A stretch of 64,000 nucleotides of DNA from Gammaproteobacteria bacterium (GCA_965215365.1 CBDCDS010000003.1:672001-736000); one strand, 5' to 3'; positions 13,551 to 22,960 are shown, counted from the first letter of the stretch. Notes: generated by a model not told the origin, from the sequence alone. Numbers and translations are program-made.

Positions 13551-14783
13551 TTAAATAAACATTTGCTGCAACAGCCCCTGCTTGAAGAAGCAGGCCTGTT
13601 CGACCTGTTTCGCTACCAGTTCTATTTTCCGGTCGATGGCGGAGAGGAAATTGGCGATTTTTTGTTGTTCACATTTTGAGGGTATGCTTAATTTGAGGAA
13701 TCTGAGATGAGAAGCATATAAATGAATAACCGATATTCCCTGCGCCAATCTGGCTATATCAGCCTTCTTATAATTCAAATAATACGCAAGAAACACCCCG
13801 TTTTCCTGGCAGCGAATTATGTTTATGTCACCTCCCAGCGCAACCCCGTCAAGCCTTACACAAGCGGCGGTTGCTATGTCTGATGCAATCTCGCCGGATG
13901 AGGGAATAATGACATCGTTTTTGTTGCTCAATTCCAGCTGAGAAGGTGGGATATTAGTGCTCGAAATTACCAGGGAAATTGTAGTTCCATAGTGGGTGTA
14001 GAGTTCCCCATACCTGATACACTTTAATTCTCCATTTGTTACGACATCGCTCTTTGAAATTCCTTTACCCTTACTTATCTTTGAAATATCACCCAATGAT
14101 TTCTCCTCCCAATCCGGATAATCCCTCCCATCCTCATCCTTGAACCGAATTTCCTGACTGAACAGTTTTTGCATCATGCCTTGCTTGTACTGTTCCAGCA
14201 GCGACTGCTTCCGGCTCAGTTGCTCAATTTTGATATCAACCGCCGACAGGAAAGCAGCGATTTTTTGTTGTTCTCTTATAGCCGGAATACATAGTGGGAT
14301 CTTTTTGATCTCACTCTTGCTTATTTCAAGGAAGGTAGAACCATTTGCTCTACGCAAAAAATGCTTTTTGTTTGCAAGAAGCCAATAGTAAAGATACTCA
14401 TTTGAGAACATTGAGTCATTTACAATAAACGACTGAAACCCCTGGTTTGTTGTGCAGACTTCACGAGCAATGCTGACCTCGCCTATTGTTGCCCTGCTGG
14501 TGAATAAAATTGTCCCAACAGGCAGTAAGGCAGCAGAGGATTGAGCAATACCTTCCCTGGTTATTTTGCGGATACTGCCAGTAGCATATTTCGTCTTGAT
14601 TTCTGTCGGAGTGAACCAGTTTATATCACCGTCCCATAAGCTCCTCTTGCCAGTGCTGGGGGTGCCACCCCCAACAATATCTCCGACATGATCCAACTTT
14701 TTCATCTCCCAATCCGGATAATCCCCCCCATCCTCATCCTTAAACCGCAACGCCGGCACGCGTTGTTGTTGTGCTGTAATCAT
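13551..14783 (-). CDS. hsdS: Type I RM specificity subunit S
   Basis: Two target-recognition domains separated by repeated RFKDEDG.DYPDWE and EQQKIA.FLSA.D.KIE blocks. Confidence 0.95.
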   Translation of the reverse strand: MITAQQQRVPALRFKDEDGGDYPDWEMKKLDHVGDIVGGGTPSTGKRSLWDGDINWFTPTEIKTKYATGSIRKITREGIAQSSAALLPVGTILFTSRATIGEVSIAREVCTTNQGFQSFIVNDSMFSNEYLYYWLLANKKHFLRRANGSTFLEISKSEIKKIPLCIPAIREQQKIAAFLSAVDIKIEQLSRKQSLLEQYKQGMMQKLFSQEIRFKDEDGRDYPDWEEKSLGDISKISKGKGISKSDVVTNGELKCIRYGELYTHYGTTISLVISSTNIPPSQLELSNKNDVIIPSSGEIASDIATAACVRLDGVALGGDINIIRCQENGVFLAYYLNYKKADIARLAQGISVIHLYASHLRFLKLSIPSKCEQQKIANFLSAIDRKIELVAKQVEQACFFKQGLLQQMFI

Positions 14784-15041
14784 TCGCTCACGTTAATCAG
14801 GACATCGGGCAGGTGGCGCATGGACAGGATTACTCAGAATCAATATGCTCATTATTACGGACGTGATGACAATCAGTGGGCGCATGATAATTTCAATCAT
14901 GTTTTTCCTCTGATGATCGGGCTAACGCTGAAATCGCTGCCATTATGGCGAATGGGATTGCGATATGCAAATCTACCATCCCTTTGATTTTCAGGCCGGT
15001 AACGGTATAGTAAATCTACCCTCAATAAGCATTAAAGAGAT

Positions 15042-15425
15042 ATGAACCTGCATGTGACTATTCCTGAGAGCAAGGCGTTGGCGGCTTTTTGCCTAGAGAA
15101 CGGTATCATAAAGCTGGCTGTTTTCGGCTCAGCCCTGCGCGAGGATTTCAACGCGGAAAGTGATATTGACCTGTTGGTCAAGTTCAGGCCTGAGGCCGCT
15201 GCTGACTTGTTCAAAATGGCTGGAATTGAAATTGCCCTTTCTCCATTGTTTGGCGGACGCAGTATCGACCTGCGCACGCTGGAGGAGCTGAGTCCCTACA
15301 TCAGAGGTAGAGTACTTAACGACGCAATATTACTGGTAGATATTGCTGCGTCGGAAGACGAAGGGAGTAAAGTAAGGCATGACCATTCCAGCGCGGCCGA
15401 TGTGATAACCCATGTCCATCATTGA
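15042..15425 (+). CDS. Minimal nucleotidyltransferase antitoxin (MntA-like)
   Basis: VFGSALREDFNAESDIDLLV = GSX10DXD. Confidence 0.88.
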   Translation: MNLHVTIPESKALAAFCLENGIIKLAVFGSALREDFNAESDIDLLVKFRPEAAADLFKMAGIEIALSPLFGGRSIDLRTLEELSPYIRGRVLNDAILLVDIAASEDEGSKVRHDHSSAADVITHVHH

Positions 15426-15795
15426 TGACAATACCCGGTTACGGCACATGCTGGACGCAGGATGTGAAGCTATTGAAATGAGTAAGGGTAAAAGTCGAAA
15501 TGATTTGGCCAATGATCGTAAGCTGTCCTTAGCATTGGTGAAGCTTTTGGAGACTGTTGGAGAGGCTGCGTATAAGGTGTCACAGGAAAAAAGACTTGAA
15601 CTTGATCAAATTGAGTTTGAAAAGATCATCAAAATGCGTCATCGGCTTGTCCACGACTATTTCGACATTAACTACGGCGTTATCTGGAATACGATACAAA
15701 ATAGCCTGCCTGAATTGGTGAGGCAACTTCAAGAGCTGCCCGAATGCAGCAATGATATGGTGCCTGCCTCATCGATGCCTTTAGATAAATGGTAG
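15412..15795 (+). CDS. HEPN/DUF86 ribonuclease toxin (HepT-like)
   Basis: MRHRLVHDY = RX4HXY; overlaps the MNT gene. Confidence 0.88.
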   Translation: MSIIDDNTRLRHMLDAGCEAIEMSKGKSRNDLANDRKLSLALVKLLETVGEAAYKVSQEKRLELDQIEFEKIIKMRHRLVHDYFDINYGVIWNTIQNSLPELVRQLQELPECSNDMVPASSMPLDKW

Positions 15796-15834
15796 TGGAG
15801 ACACCTGTGAGTCCTGGTTGCGCTCCCCGGTCAT

Positions 15835-15975
15835 ACCGACTATCAGGTGGCATTGCGGGAAATAGAAACCCTGATGACGGCCCGGCCGGATTCGCCCGAG
15901 GGTGGAAAACTGGATGTGTTGACGACACTGGTCGAAGCATACGAGCGCAGGCATTATCCTCTGGAGCTACCCGAT
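15835..15975 (+). pseudogene. Fragment of a second higA copy
   Basis: Near-identical DNA to about 16874-17016 (gcgggaaatagaaaccctgatgacggcccgg...ctggatgtgttgacgacactgg); lacks both start and HTH. Confidence 0.85.
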
Positions 15976-15989
15976 AATGAACTGCCGCG

Positions 15990-16175
15990 CTAGCGCTGTT
16001 CGCAGTCCAGCAGATAATCATCTACCGCTTCCTTGAAGGCCTGTTCAAGTTGTTCTACGTTTTGACCTTCATAGCTGACCAGCGGTTCAATAAATTCCAA
16101 CTTCCCGAAAAGACAATTATCCTCTATGCTGGCTTGTACGGAACCGTAAAAGCCCTTGTAACTGAATAAACTCAT
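15990..16175 (-). pseudogene. hicB copy with a 150-bp in-frame internal deletion (61 aa)
   Basis: Nearly identical to 17837-18172 except for loss of the segment between GCTGTTC repeats. Confidence 0.9.
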
Positions 16176-16393
16176 GGGAACCTCTAAAAATACCCTCCGT
16201 GGTATTTTTGCTGTGTAAATTTTGAAGATTTACATACTGGCGGGGTGTGCAGCGCTCTGATCATGAGGGTTTAGAGACGGAAACGAAAAAGTATGATTTT
16301 TCGTTTCCTTCATTTTCAAGCACTTACGTGCTTGCTGTTACTGGCAGCACATCCCTGTGCTGCACGGGCGCCTCGTGTTTGTGAGAGGCACCC
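16176..16393. mobile_element. 218-bp non-autonomous MITE-like insertion
   Basis: Imperfect terminal inverted repeats gggaacctct / agaggcaccc; TCAT duplicated on both sides (16172-16175, 16394-16397); empty site at 18169-18172. Confidence 0.88.
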
Positions 16394-16470
16394 TCATAAC
16401 ATTTTCGCTCGAATAAGATGGTCTGAATTATGATGTGGCACAACCTTATTTGCAACTACAAATGAGTTAC
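16394..16470 (-). pseudogene. hicA remnant: last codons and promoter only
   Basis: tcataacattttcgctcga matches 18169-18187; tgaattatgatgt...ccttatttgcaacta matches 18422-18456; the body of the gene is missing. Confidence 0.8.
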
Positions 16471-16527
16471 TGTTGTAATTTCCGGTATCGCTGGTTAGAA
16501 TAGTCCCGATTTAGGACATATTGGATT

Positions 16528-16830
16528 ATGAGAATTATTGCGCTCTCCACACTAAAGCAGTTCTGGGAGCGGAATGTTGCATACATGGATGCTGCGGAGC
16601 CGGTCCGGGTCTGGTATCGGCGCGTGTTACGGGCTGATTGGGCGTCTCCTTCTGACGTCAAACGGGATTTTGGCAATGCCAGCATCCTGAAGGATGGACG
16701 GGTGGTGTTTAACATAGCAGGCAACAAGTATCGATTGGTGGTATGGATCAATTACGCCTACCGTGTGGTTTACATAAGGTTTATCGGTACCCATAACCAA
16801 TATAACCAAATCGATGCACAGGCGATTTAA
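16528..16830 (+). CDS. higB: HigB family toxin (RelE-like)
   Basis: MRIIALSTLKQFW...ASILKDGRVVFNIAGNKYRLVV...FIGTH.QY. Confidence 0.9.
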   Translation: MRIIALSTLKQFWERNVAYMDAAEPVRVWYRRVLRADWASPSDVKRDFGNASILKDGRVVFNIAGNKYRLVVWINYAYRVVYIRFIGTHNQYNQIDAQAI

Positions 16831-16848
16831 TCCTTGGAAAAACAGTTG

Positions 16849-17220
16849 ATGGATGTCAAACCTATCAGAACAGATACCGACTACCAGGCGGCACTGCGGG
16901 AAATAGAAACCCTGATGACGGCCCGGCTGGATTCGCCCGAGGGTGAAAAACTGGATGTGTTGACGACACTGGTTGAAGCGTATGAACGCAAGCATTATCC
17001 TTTGGAGATGCCCGATGCGATAGCGGCTATCAGATTTGAAATGGAACAACAGGGATTGAAGGCAAAAGACTTGGAACCGATGATTGGGAAGCGAAACCGC
17101 GTTTATGAAGTGTTGAACGGGAAACGTTCCCTCACGCTGAAAATGATCTGGCGTCTGCATGAGCAGTTGGGCATCCCCGCCGAATCGTTGATTAAGCAGC
17201 CTTCCCGGCCTGGTAATTAA
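16849..17220 (+). CDS. higA: HigA family antitoxin (HTH)
   Basis: KPIRTDTDYQAAL, LVEAYERKHYP, EVLNGKRSLTL.MI..L...LGIPAE.LI. Confidence 0.9.
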   Translation: MDVKPIRTDTDYQAALREIETLMTARLDSPEGEKLDVLTTLVEAYERKHYPLEMPDAIAAIRFEMEQQGLKAKDLEPMIGKRNRVYEVLNGKRSLTLKMIWRLHEQLGIPAESLIKQPSRPGN

Positions 17221-17221
17221 A

Positions 17222-17257
17222 GGCCACCTCTAAAAAATTAGAGGTGGCCGTGCAGCA
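17222..17257. repeat. MITE-family terminal hairpin after the higA stop
   Basis: ggccacctct-aaaaaatt-agaggtggcc-gtgcagca, the same layout as 5595 and as the reverse of 16355-16393. Confidence 0.75.
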
Positions 17258-17259
17258 GT

Positions 17260-17816
17260 ACCCTCAGCGTCAACCCCGATAAAATTGCCCAGGCACAACG
17301 CTGGGACGGCCGGCACGGCGTCATCACCAACCTGCCGACATCCACCGACACGACCGCCATCTTAAGCCAGTACCGCGGCCTGTGGCAGGTCGAAGACACC
17401 TTCCGGGTAAGTAAACACGACCTCAAGGTCAGACCCATCTACCACTGGACCCCCCGACGCATCGAAGCGCACATCGCCATCGCCTTTATGTCCCTGCTCT
17501 GTGTCCGACACCTGCAATACCGCATGACCCTGCAAGCCAAGCCCGCATCCCCCGAAGTCATCCGCAACGCGCTGGCCCACGTGCAGCACAGTGTCCTGAC
17601 ACATCAACAGACACACCGCCGCTACGTGATTCCCTCCGCCATCAGTGAAACCGCCCGGCGCCTCTACAAAATCATGGGGTTAAGTCACTCCACTACCCCC
17701 TACGAGCTCAAATAGCCGGTCGCTGAGAACGCCGAAACAAGGCAATTGTAGTGCCTACGGGTCAACGCGCCTTCAATAAAATCAATCAGTTAGTGAAATA
17801 AACCGTCGAAGTCGGG
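17260..17816 (+). mobile_element. IS1634-family remnant: transposase C-terminus and right end
   Basis: Reads WDGRHGVITN...QYRGLWQVEDTFRVSKHDLKVRPIYHWTPRRIEAHIAIAF (stop 17715); ends in gtcgaagtcggg; IHF-like aatcaatcagtta near 17780. Confidence 0.85.
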
Positions 17817-17836
17817 AGAATGATCCGGCCAACGCG

Positions 17837-18172
17837 CTAGCGCTGTTCTACGGCTCGTTCAATGGACAGCTTGACGAATTCGTTCAGGTTGAGATTGTTT
17901 TCTTTTGCGGTGATGAGCGCATGCCTGTGCAATTCCGGGCTGATACGCACATTAAATGAGCCTCTGCATGGCTTGGCAGGCTCCCTGCCAAGCTGTTCAC
18001 AGTCCAGCAGATAATCATCTACCGCTTCCTTGAAGGCCTGTTCAAGTTGTTCTACGTTTTGACCTTCATAGCTGACCAACGGTTCAATAAATTCCAACTT
18101 CCCGAAAAGACAATTATCCTCTATGCTGGCTTGTACGGAACCGTAAAAGCCCTTGTAACTGAATAAACTCAT
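17837..18172 (-). CDS. hicB: HicB family antitoxin
   Basis: YKGFYGSV...F.EAVDDYL..C...GREP.KP..GSFNVRISPELH (RHH). Confidence 0.92.
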   Translation of the reverse strand: MSLFSYKGFYGSVQASIEDNCLFGKLEFIEPLVSYEGQNVEQLEQAFKEAVDDYLLDCEQLGREPAKPCRGSFNVRISPELHRHALITAKENNLNLNEFVKLSIERAVEQR

Positions 18173-18417
18173 AACATTTTCGCTCGAGTCAGTTTGTTTA
18201 CGACCAATTTGATTGCATATCGTTTCAGCTCGTTGTCAGGGTGCGGGCGATGCAAGTTGATTGTATCGTCCGGGTTGCCATTATCGAATTTCACCCTTGA
18301 GCCGTCCCCCTTAATCTCCTTGTAGTCCAGTGCTTTCAATAACGTTACCAGTTCATTCCAGGTAACAGCCTGCCTGCCATGCAGCAATTTAGCTTTCAAT
18401 TTATCACGCTTTCCCAT
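18169..18417 (-). CDS. hicA: HicA family toxin
   Basis: W.EL..LL..L.Y....GDGSRVKF....INLHRPHP..ELKRY; ATGA overlap with hicB. Confidence 0.9.
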   Translation of the reverse strand: MGKRDKLKAKLLHGRQAVTWNELVTLLKALDYKEIKGDGSRVKFDNGNPDDTINLHRPHPDNELKRYAIKLVVNKLTRAKML

Positions 18418-18530
18418 GGCCTGAATTATGATGTAGCAAAGCCTTATTTGCAACTATAAATCAGTTACAAGACCCAGTAAGCCTCGGGAAATAATCGAGC
18501 GGAGGATCGGGTCAGAACCGAGCCAACCGG

Positions 18531-20120
18531 TTAAAACGGGCTGTCTATCCCCAGTTCCCGGCAGTATCCTGCGATAGTACCATCTGTTGCCTGCATAGCT
18601 TGCTCCAGGGTTTTCAGTTGTTTGGACACGGCGGTGATATCAACCGGCTCCTCTTCCTCAAAAGTATCCACGTAGCGTGGAATGTTCAGGTTGAAGTCGT
18701 TCTCCCTGACCTGGCCTAAAGTGGCGACACTGGCATACTTGTCGATGGCTTCACGGTTTTTGTAAGACTCAATGATCCGGTCCACATGCGCATCGGTCAG
18801 CACATTCTGGTTGCCCGCCTTGTCATAATGCTGTGAGGCGTCGATAAAGAGGATATGGTCATCCTGTTTGCGGCATTTTTTCAGTACCAGGATACAGGTT
18901 GGGATACCGGTGCCATAAAACAAATTGGCCGGCAGGCCGATGACAGCATCGAGATAGTTCAGTTGTTCAATGATATAGCGCCGGATTGTGCCTTCCGCCG
19001 CGCCTCGGAACAGTACGCCGTGTGGCAGCACCACGGCCATGGCGCCGTGCTCTGCAAGCTGGTAAATCATGTGCTGCACAAAGGCGAAATCAGCTTTGCC
19101 TTGCGGCGCCAGTTTACCGTATTGGCTGAAACGTTCATCGTGCGCGTGCAGCGGATTGCTGTCGCCTCGCCACTTGGCGGAAAACGGTGGGTTGGCAACC
19201 ACCGCCTCAAAGCGCATATCCTGGTGCTGAGGTTTGTCCAGGGTATCCTCCTGACGGATGTCAAACCGGTCAAAATGCACGCCATGGAGGATCATGTTCA
19301 TGCGCGCCAGGTTGTAGGTGGTGCGGTTGAGTTCCTGTCCGTACAGCTCAATCAGGACCTCATCACCCGCCCGGGCTTGTGCTCTGGCCTCCTTTTCGAT
19401 GCGCAGCAGCAGTGAGCCGGAACCACAAGTGGGGTCATAGGCATTGCGGATGCGCTCCCGGCCTGAGGTGACGAGCCTGGCAAGTATCTTCGACACCTGT
19501 TGCGGCGTATAGAATTCCCCGGCCTTCTTGCCGGCGCCGGATGCAAACTGACCGATCAGGTATTCATAGGCGTCGCCCAGAATGTCTGCATTGGCTTGCT
19601 CAGGGCCGAAATCGATACGGTTCAGATTCGCCATGATGTTAACGACCAGTTTATTGCGGTCATCGACCTCCCGACCCAGCTTGCTGCTGTCTAGGTTCAG
19701 GTCTTCAAACAGGTTGTTGAAATCGTCGGCGCTGCCCGTTTGACTGGCGGAGGCCTCGATGTTTTTGAAGATCGCTTTCAGATCGCCGATGATATGGGTG
19801 TCCCGTTCCTCAGCGGCCCCCTGGCCTTTCGCTATGACTGCGGAAAATGTCTCATCAGGTGCCAGAAAATAGCCCAGCCGTTGCAGCGATTCATCCTTGA
19901 TGGCCGCAATATCCTCGGCATCTGTGACCTGGTAATAATCCTTTACCTCCTCGGTTTCCAGCAGTTCATTGGCTAACGCATATTGCCTTTCCGACAGATA
20001 TTTGTAGAAAATGAACCCGAGGATGTAATCCTTGAACTCATCTGCATCCATCTTGCCGCGCAGGTCATTGGCGATATTCCAGAGTTGTCTTTCCAGCGCT
20101 TGCTTCTGTGCTGCTGTCAT
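18531..20120 (-). CDS. hsdM: Type I RM methyltransferase subunit M
   Basis: GDAYEYLI, GEFYTP, DPTCGSGSLL, ANPPFS, PHGVLFRG, NLNIPRYV. Confidence 0.96.
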   Translation of the reverse strand: MTAAQKQALERQLWNIANDLRGKMDADEFKDYILGFIFYKYLSERQYALANELLETEEVKDYYQVTDAEDIAAIKDESLQRLGYFLAPDETFSAVIAKGQGAAEERDTHIIGDLKAIFKNIEASASQTGSADDFNNLFEDLNLDSSKLGREVDDRNKLVVNIMANLNRIDFGPEQANADILGDAYEYLIGQFASGAGKKAGEFYTPQQVSKILARLVTSGRERIRNAYDPTCGSGSLLLRIEKEARAQARAGDEVLIELYGQELNRTTYNLARMNMILHGVHFDRFDIRQEDTLDKPQHQDMRFEAVVANPPFSAKWRGDSNPLHAHDERFSQYGKLAPQGKADFAFVQHMIYQLAEHGAMAVVLPHGVLFRGAAEGTIRRYIIEQLNYLDAVIGLPANLFYGTGIPTCILVLKKCRKQDDHILFIDASQHYDKAGNQNVLTDAHVDRIIESYKNREAIDKYASVATLGQVRENDFNLNIPRYVDTFEEEEPVDITAVSKQLKTLEQAMQATDGTIAGYCRELGIDSPF

Positions 20121-20245
20121 GGTGGTAATGTCGTTGGTTTTAAGCTGTAAAGGAAGTCGTGAAAGGGGTTGGAAACAGGGATGCCGACATCACTTTTTGT
20201 GGCGGCATAGTCAGGTTGTCTCGCAATCTGGCTGTCAAGAAGGCA

Positions 20246-20548
20246 TCAGGCAGCTTGCCGCCTTGGTTTCACTTGCTTGACAATATCCTTGCCCGATTTG
20301 AGTTCGACTACCCGCAGTTCGTAGGTTTTCTGTAAGTTCAGCCAAACTTGCGGGGTTGTATTAAAATAGCGGGCGAGCCGCAGCGCCGTGTCGGCAGTAA
20401 TGCCCCGCCGGCCTCTCAAAATATCCGAGATACGGTTTTGCGGCACGCCCAACTCACGAGCAACCGCCTTGGCTGACATGCCCAACTCCGCTAATTCTTC
20501 ACACAAAATCTCACCAGGGTGCACCGCTTGCATACCATTATTTGTCAT
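20246..20548 (-). CDS. higA: HigA/VapI family antitoxin
   Basis: HPGEIL.EEL, RISDILRGRRGITADTALRLARYF...WLNLQ..YEL. Confidence 0.92.
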   Translation of the reverse strand: MTNNGMQAVHPGEILCEELAELGMSAKAVARELGVPQNRISDILRGRRGITADTALRLARYFNTTPQVWLNLQKTYELRVVELKSGKDIVKQVKPRRQAA

Positions 20549-20561
20549 ATCTTCACACTCG

Positions 20562-20840
20562 TCAGTGATAATCTACTATTTCAACATCGTAGGGACCATC
20601 GTCTTCCCAACGAAAACAAATTCGCCAGCGTCGGTTGATGCGGATACTGTACTGTCCAGCCCGGTTGCCGGATAACGATTCCAGCCGATTACTTCGCAGG
20701 CCCGCTAAATCCCGCAATGATTCCGCGTTGTCCAAAAATGTCAACCGCCGCGTTGCCTGAGCAGCAAACCCCTGAAAAGTGTTCGTTCGCTGACCACTGA
20801 AAAACCGTTCCGTTTTTGAATCCTTGAAACTACGAATCAT
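20562..20840 (-). CDS. higB: HigB (plasmid-killer type, RelE/ParE) toxin
   Basis: MIRSFKD, NRLE.L.G.R.GQYSIRIN..WRICF.W, VEIVDYH. Confidence 0.92.
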   Translation of the reverse strand: MIRSFKDSKTERFFSGQRTNTFQGFAAQATRRLTFLDNAESLRDLAGLRSNRLESLSGNRAGQYSIRINRRWRICFRWEDDGPYDVEIVDYH

Positions 20841-20983
20841 AGGCTGGAATTATGACAGACAATACGGGATATGTATATGCTATTATCAACATACAAGCAG
20901 TTTACGCATTATCCTCTGGAGCTACCCGATGCGGTAAAGGTGCATCGCAGCGTCGCCCCTTCTTTGCTACAATTCCAGCCCTG

Positions 20984-22876
20984 ATGATATCAAGCGACCA
21001 GAAATATGATGTAATTGTTGTCGGTGGCGGCCATGCCGGGACTGAGGCGGCGCTGGCCGCGGCGCGCATGGGCGCCAGTACTCTGTTGTTGACTCACAGT
21101 ATCGATACCCTGGGGCAGATGTCGTGCAACCCGGCCATCGGCGGCATCGGCAAGGGGCACCTGGTGAAGGAGCTCGATGCCCTGGGCGGGGTCATGGCCG
21201 GGGCTGCGGATCGCAGCGGGATACAGTTTCGCACTCTCAACGCGCGCAAGGGGCCGGCGGTGCGCGCCACCCGGGCGCAGATTGACCGCAGCCTGTACAA
21301 AGGGGTCATCCGCCCGCTGCTGGAGGGCGCAGATAACCTGCACCTGTTCCAGCAACCCGTGGACGACCTGGTGCTTGCGGGCGAGCGCGTCACCGGCGTG
21401 GTAACCCAGGCCGGGTTGCGCTTCTGCGCTCCTTGCGTGGTGTTGACCGTAGGCACCTTCCTGGCCGGGCAGATTCACATGGGCGAGTCCGGCTACCAGG
21501 GCGGACGCGCCGGCGAGCCGCCGGCAAACACCCTGGCGCAACGTCTGCGCGACCTGCCGTTGCGCACTGGGCGGCTGAAGACCGGCACCCCGCCGCGCAT
21601 CGACGGGCGCAGCATTGACTACAGCCGTCTCACCGAACAGCCGGGCGATGAGCCGCTACCGGTGTTCTCATTCATGGGCACGGCGGCGCAACACCCGCGT
21701 CAGGTTTCCTGCCACATCACCCATACCAACGAGCGCACCCACGACATCATTCGCGCCGGCCTGGACCGCTCGCCCATGTACAGCGGCAGGATTGACAGCG
21801 TCGGGCCGCGCTATTGCCCGTCGGTGGAAGACAAGGTCGTGCGCTTTGCCGACCGTACTTCCCACCAGATCTTTATCGAACCGGAGGGATTGACCACGAC
21901 GGAAGTGTATCCGAACGGTATTTCCACCAGCCTGCCCTACGATGTGCAACATGAGCTGGTGCGCTCGATCAAAGGCTTTGAGCAGGCCCGCATTACCCGC
22001 CCCGGGTATGCCATTGAGTACGATTATTTCGACCCGCGCGACCTGCACCCGTGGCTGGAGACCAAGGCCGTCGCCGGGCTGTTTTTTGCAGGGCAGATCA
22101 ACGGCACCACCGGCTACGAGGAGGCAGCCTGTCAGGGACTGGTGGCCGGCATCAACGCGGCGCTACGGAGCCAACAGCGCGACCCTTGGAGCCCGCGCCG
22201 TGATCAAGCCTACATCGGCGTACTCATCGACGATTTGACCACCCGCGGCGTCACCGAGCCTTACCGCATGTTCACCAGCCGGGCGGAATACCGCCTGTTG
22301 CTGCGGGAAGATAACGCCGACCTGCGCCTGACTGAAACCGGTCGTGAACTGGGCCTGGTGGATGATGCGCGTTGGCGCAGTTTCGAGGCCAAGCGCGCGG
22401 CTATTGATACGGAACAACAGCGCCTCGCTGCCACTCGTCTGGCTGCGGATACCCTGCCCGCAGACATTACCGCAGACACCCTCGGACAACCCTTGCGCAA
22501 GGACGTCAGCCTGTTGCAACTGTTACGCCGTCCCGGTATCGGCTATGCCGAGCTGGCCCGCCTGCCCGGGTTTGAGCCCGCCGACATAACGCCGCAAGTA
22601 GCCGCACAGGTGGAAGTGCAGGCCAAGTACCACGGCTATATCGAGCGCCAGCAGCAGGAGATTGCCCGCAACCGCCGCGACGAACAGGCGCGCCTGCCCG
22701 AGCACATCGACTATCTTGGAGTCACCGGCCTGTCCAACGAAGTGGCGCAGACACTCTCGACACAACGGCCCGATACCCTGGGCCAGGCCTCCCGCATCCC
22801 CGGCGTAACCCCCGCGGCCGTGTCCCTGTTGCGGGTGTACCTGAAGAAGCGCTCCCTGTTGAAGCAGGCTTGCTGA
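20984..22876 (+). CDS. mnmG: tRNA uridine-5-carboxymethylaminomethyl modification enzyme
   Basis: [67 protein letters not shown]. Confidence 0.97.
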   Translation: MISSDQKYDVIVVGGGHAGTEAALAAARMGASTLLLTHSIDTLGQMSCNPAIGGIGKGHLVKELDALGGVMAGAADRSGIQFRTLNARKGPAVRATRAQIDRSLYKGVIRPLLEGADNLHLFQQPVDDLVLAGERVTGVVTQAGLRFCAPCVVLTVGTFLAGQIHMGESGYQGGRAGEPPANTLAQRLRDLPLRTGRLKTGTPPRIDGRSIDYSRLTEQPGDEPLPVFSFMGTAAQHPRQVSCHITHTNERTHDIIRAGLDRSPMYSGRIDSVGPRYCPSVEDKVVRFADRTSHQIFIEPEGLTTTEVYPNGISTSLPYDVQHELVRSIKGFEQARITRPGYAIEYDYFDPRDLHPWLETKAVAGLFFAGQINGTTGYEEAACQGLVAGINAALRSQQRDPWSPRRDQAYIGVLIDDLTTRGVTEPYRMFTSRAEYRLLLREDNADLRLTETGRELGLVDDARWRSFEAKRAAIDTEQQRLAATRLAADTLPADITADTLGQPLRKDVSLLQLLRRPGIGYAELARLPGFEPADITPQVAAQVEVQAKYHGYIERQQQEIARNRRDEQARLPEHIDYLGVTGLSNEVAQTLSTQRPDTLGQASRIPGVTPAAVSLLRVYLKKRSLLKQAC

Positions 22877-22914
22877 GGTCGGGCAGCGGCTGCCAAGCCC
22901 CCGTAGTAGCCGCA

Positions 22915-22960
22915 GGGAACCATCTGAAAGTGCCCGCAGTGGCATTTTCAGGAGTGGCCT
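22915..22960. repeat. Short palindromic copy of the MITE-like family
   Basis: gggaaccatctgaaagtgcccgcagtggcattttcagg; compare 1591-1634 (reverse) and 16176. Confidence 0.6.

Noticed and set aside
14101-14750. Direct repeat of about 50 bp within hsdS as a shufflon site
   Set aside because: These are the normal duplicated conserved regions of HsdS; no silent hsdS copies or recombinase nearby.
14792-14900. Small hydrophobic minus-strand ORF upstream of hsdS (MIEIIMRPLIVITSVIMSILILSNPVHA...)
   Set aside because: About 35 codons with no recognisable family; may be a signal-peptide remnant but unsupported.
14784-20840. Integron cassette array explanation for the TA stack
   Set aside because: No integrase, and I could not find repeated attC-like RYYYAAC...GTTRRRY structures; gene orientations are mixed.
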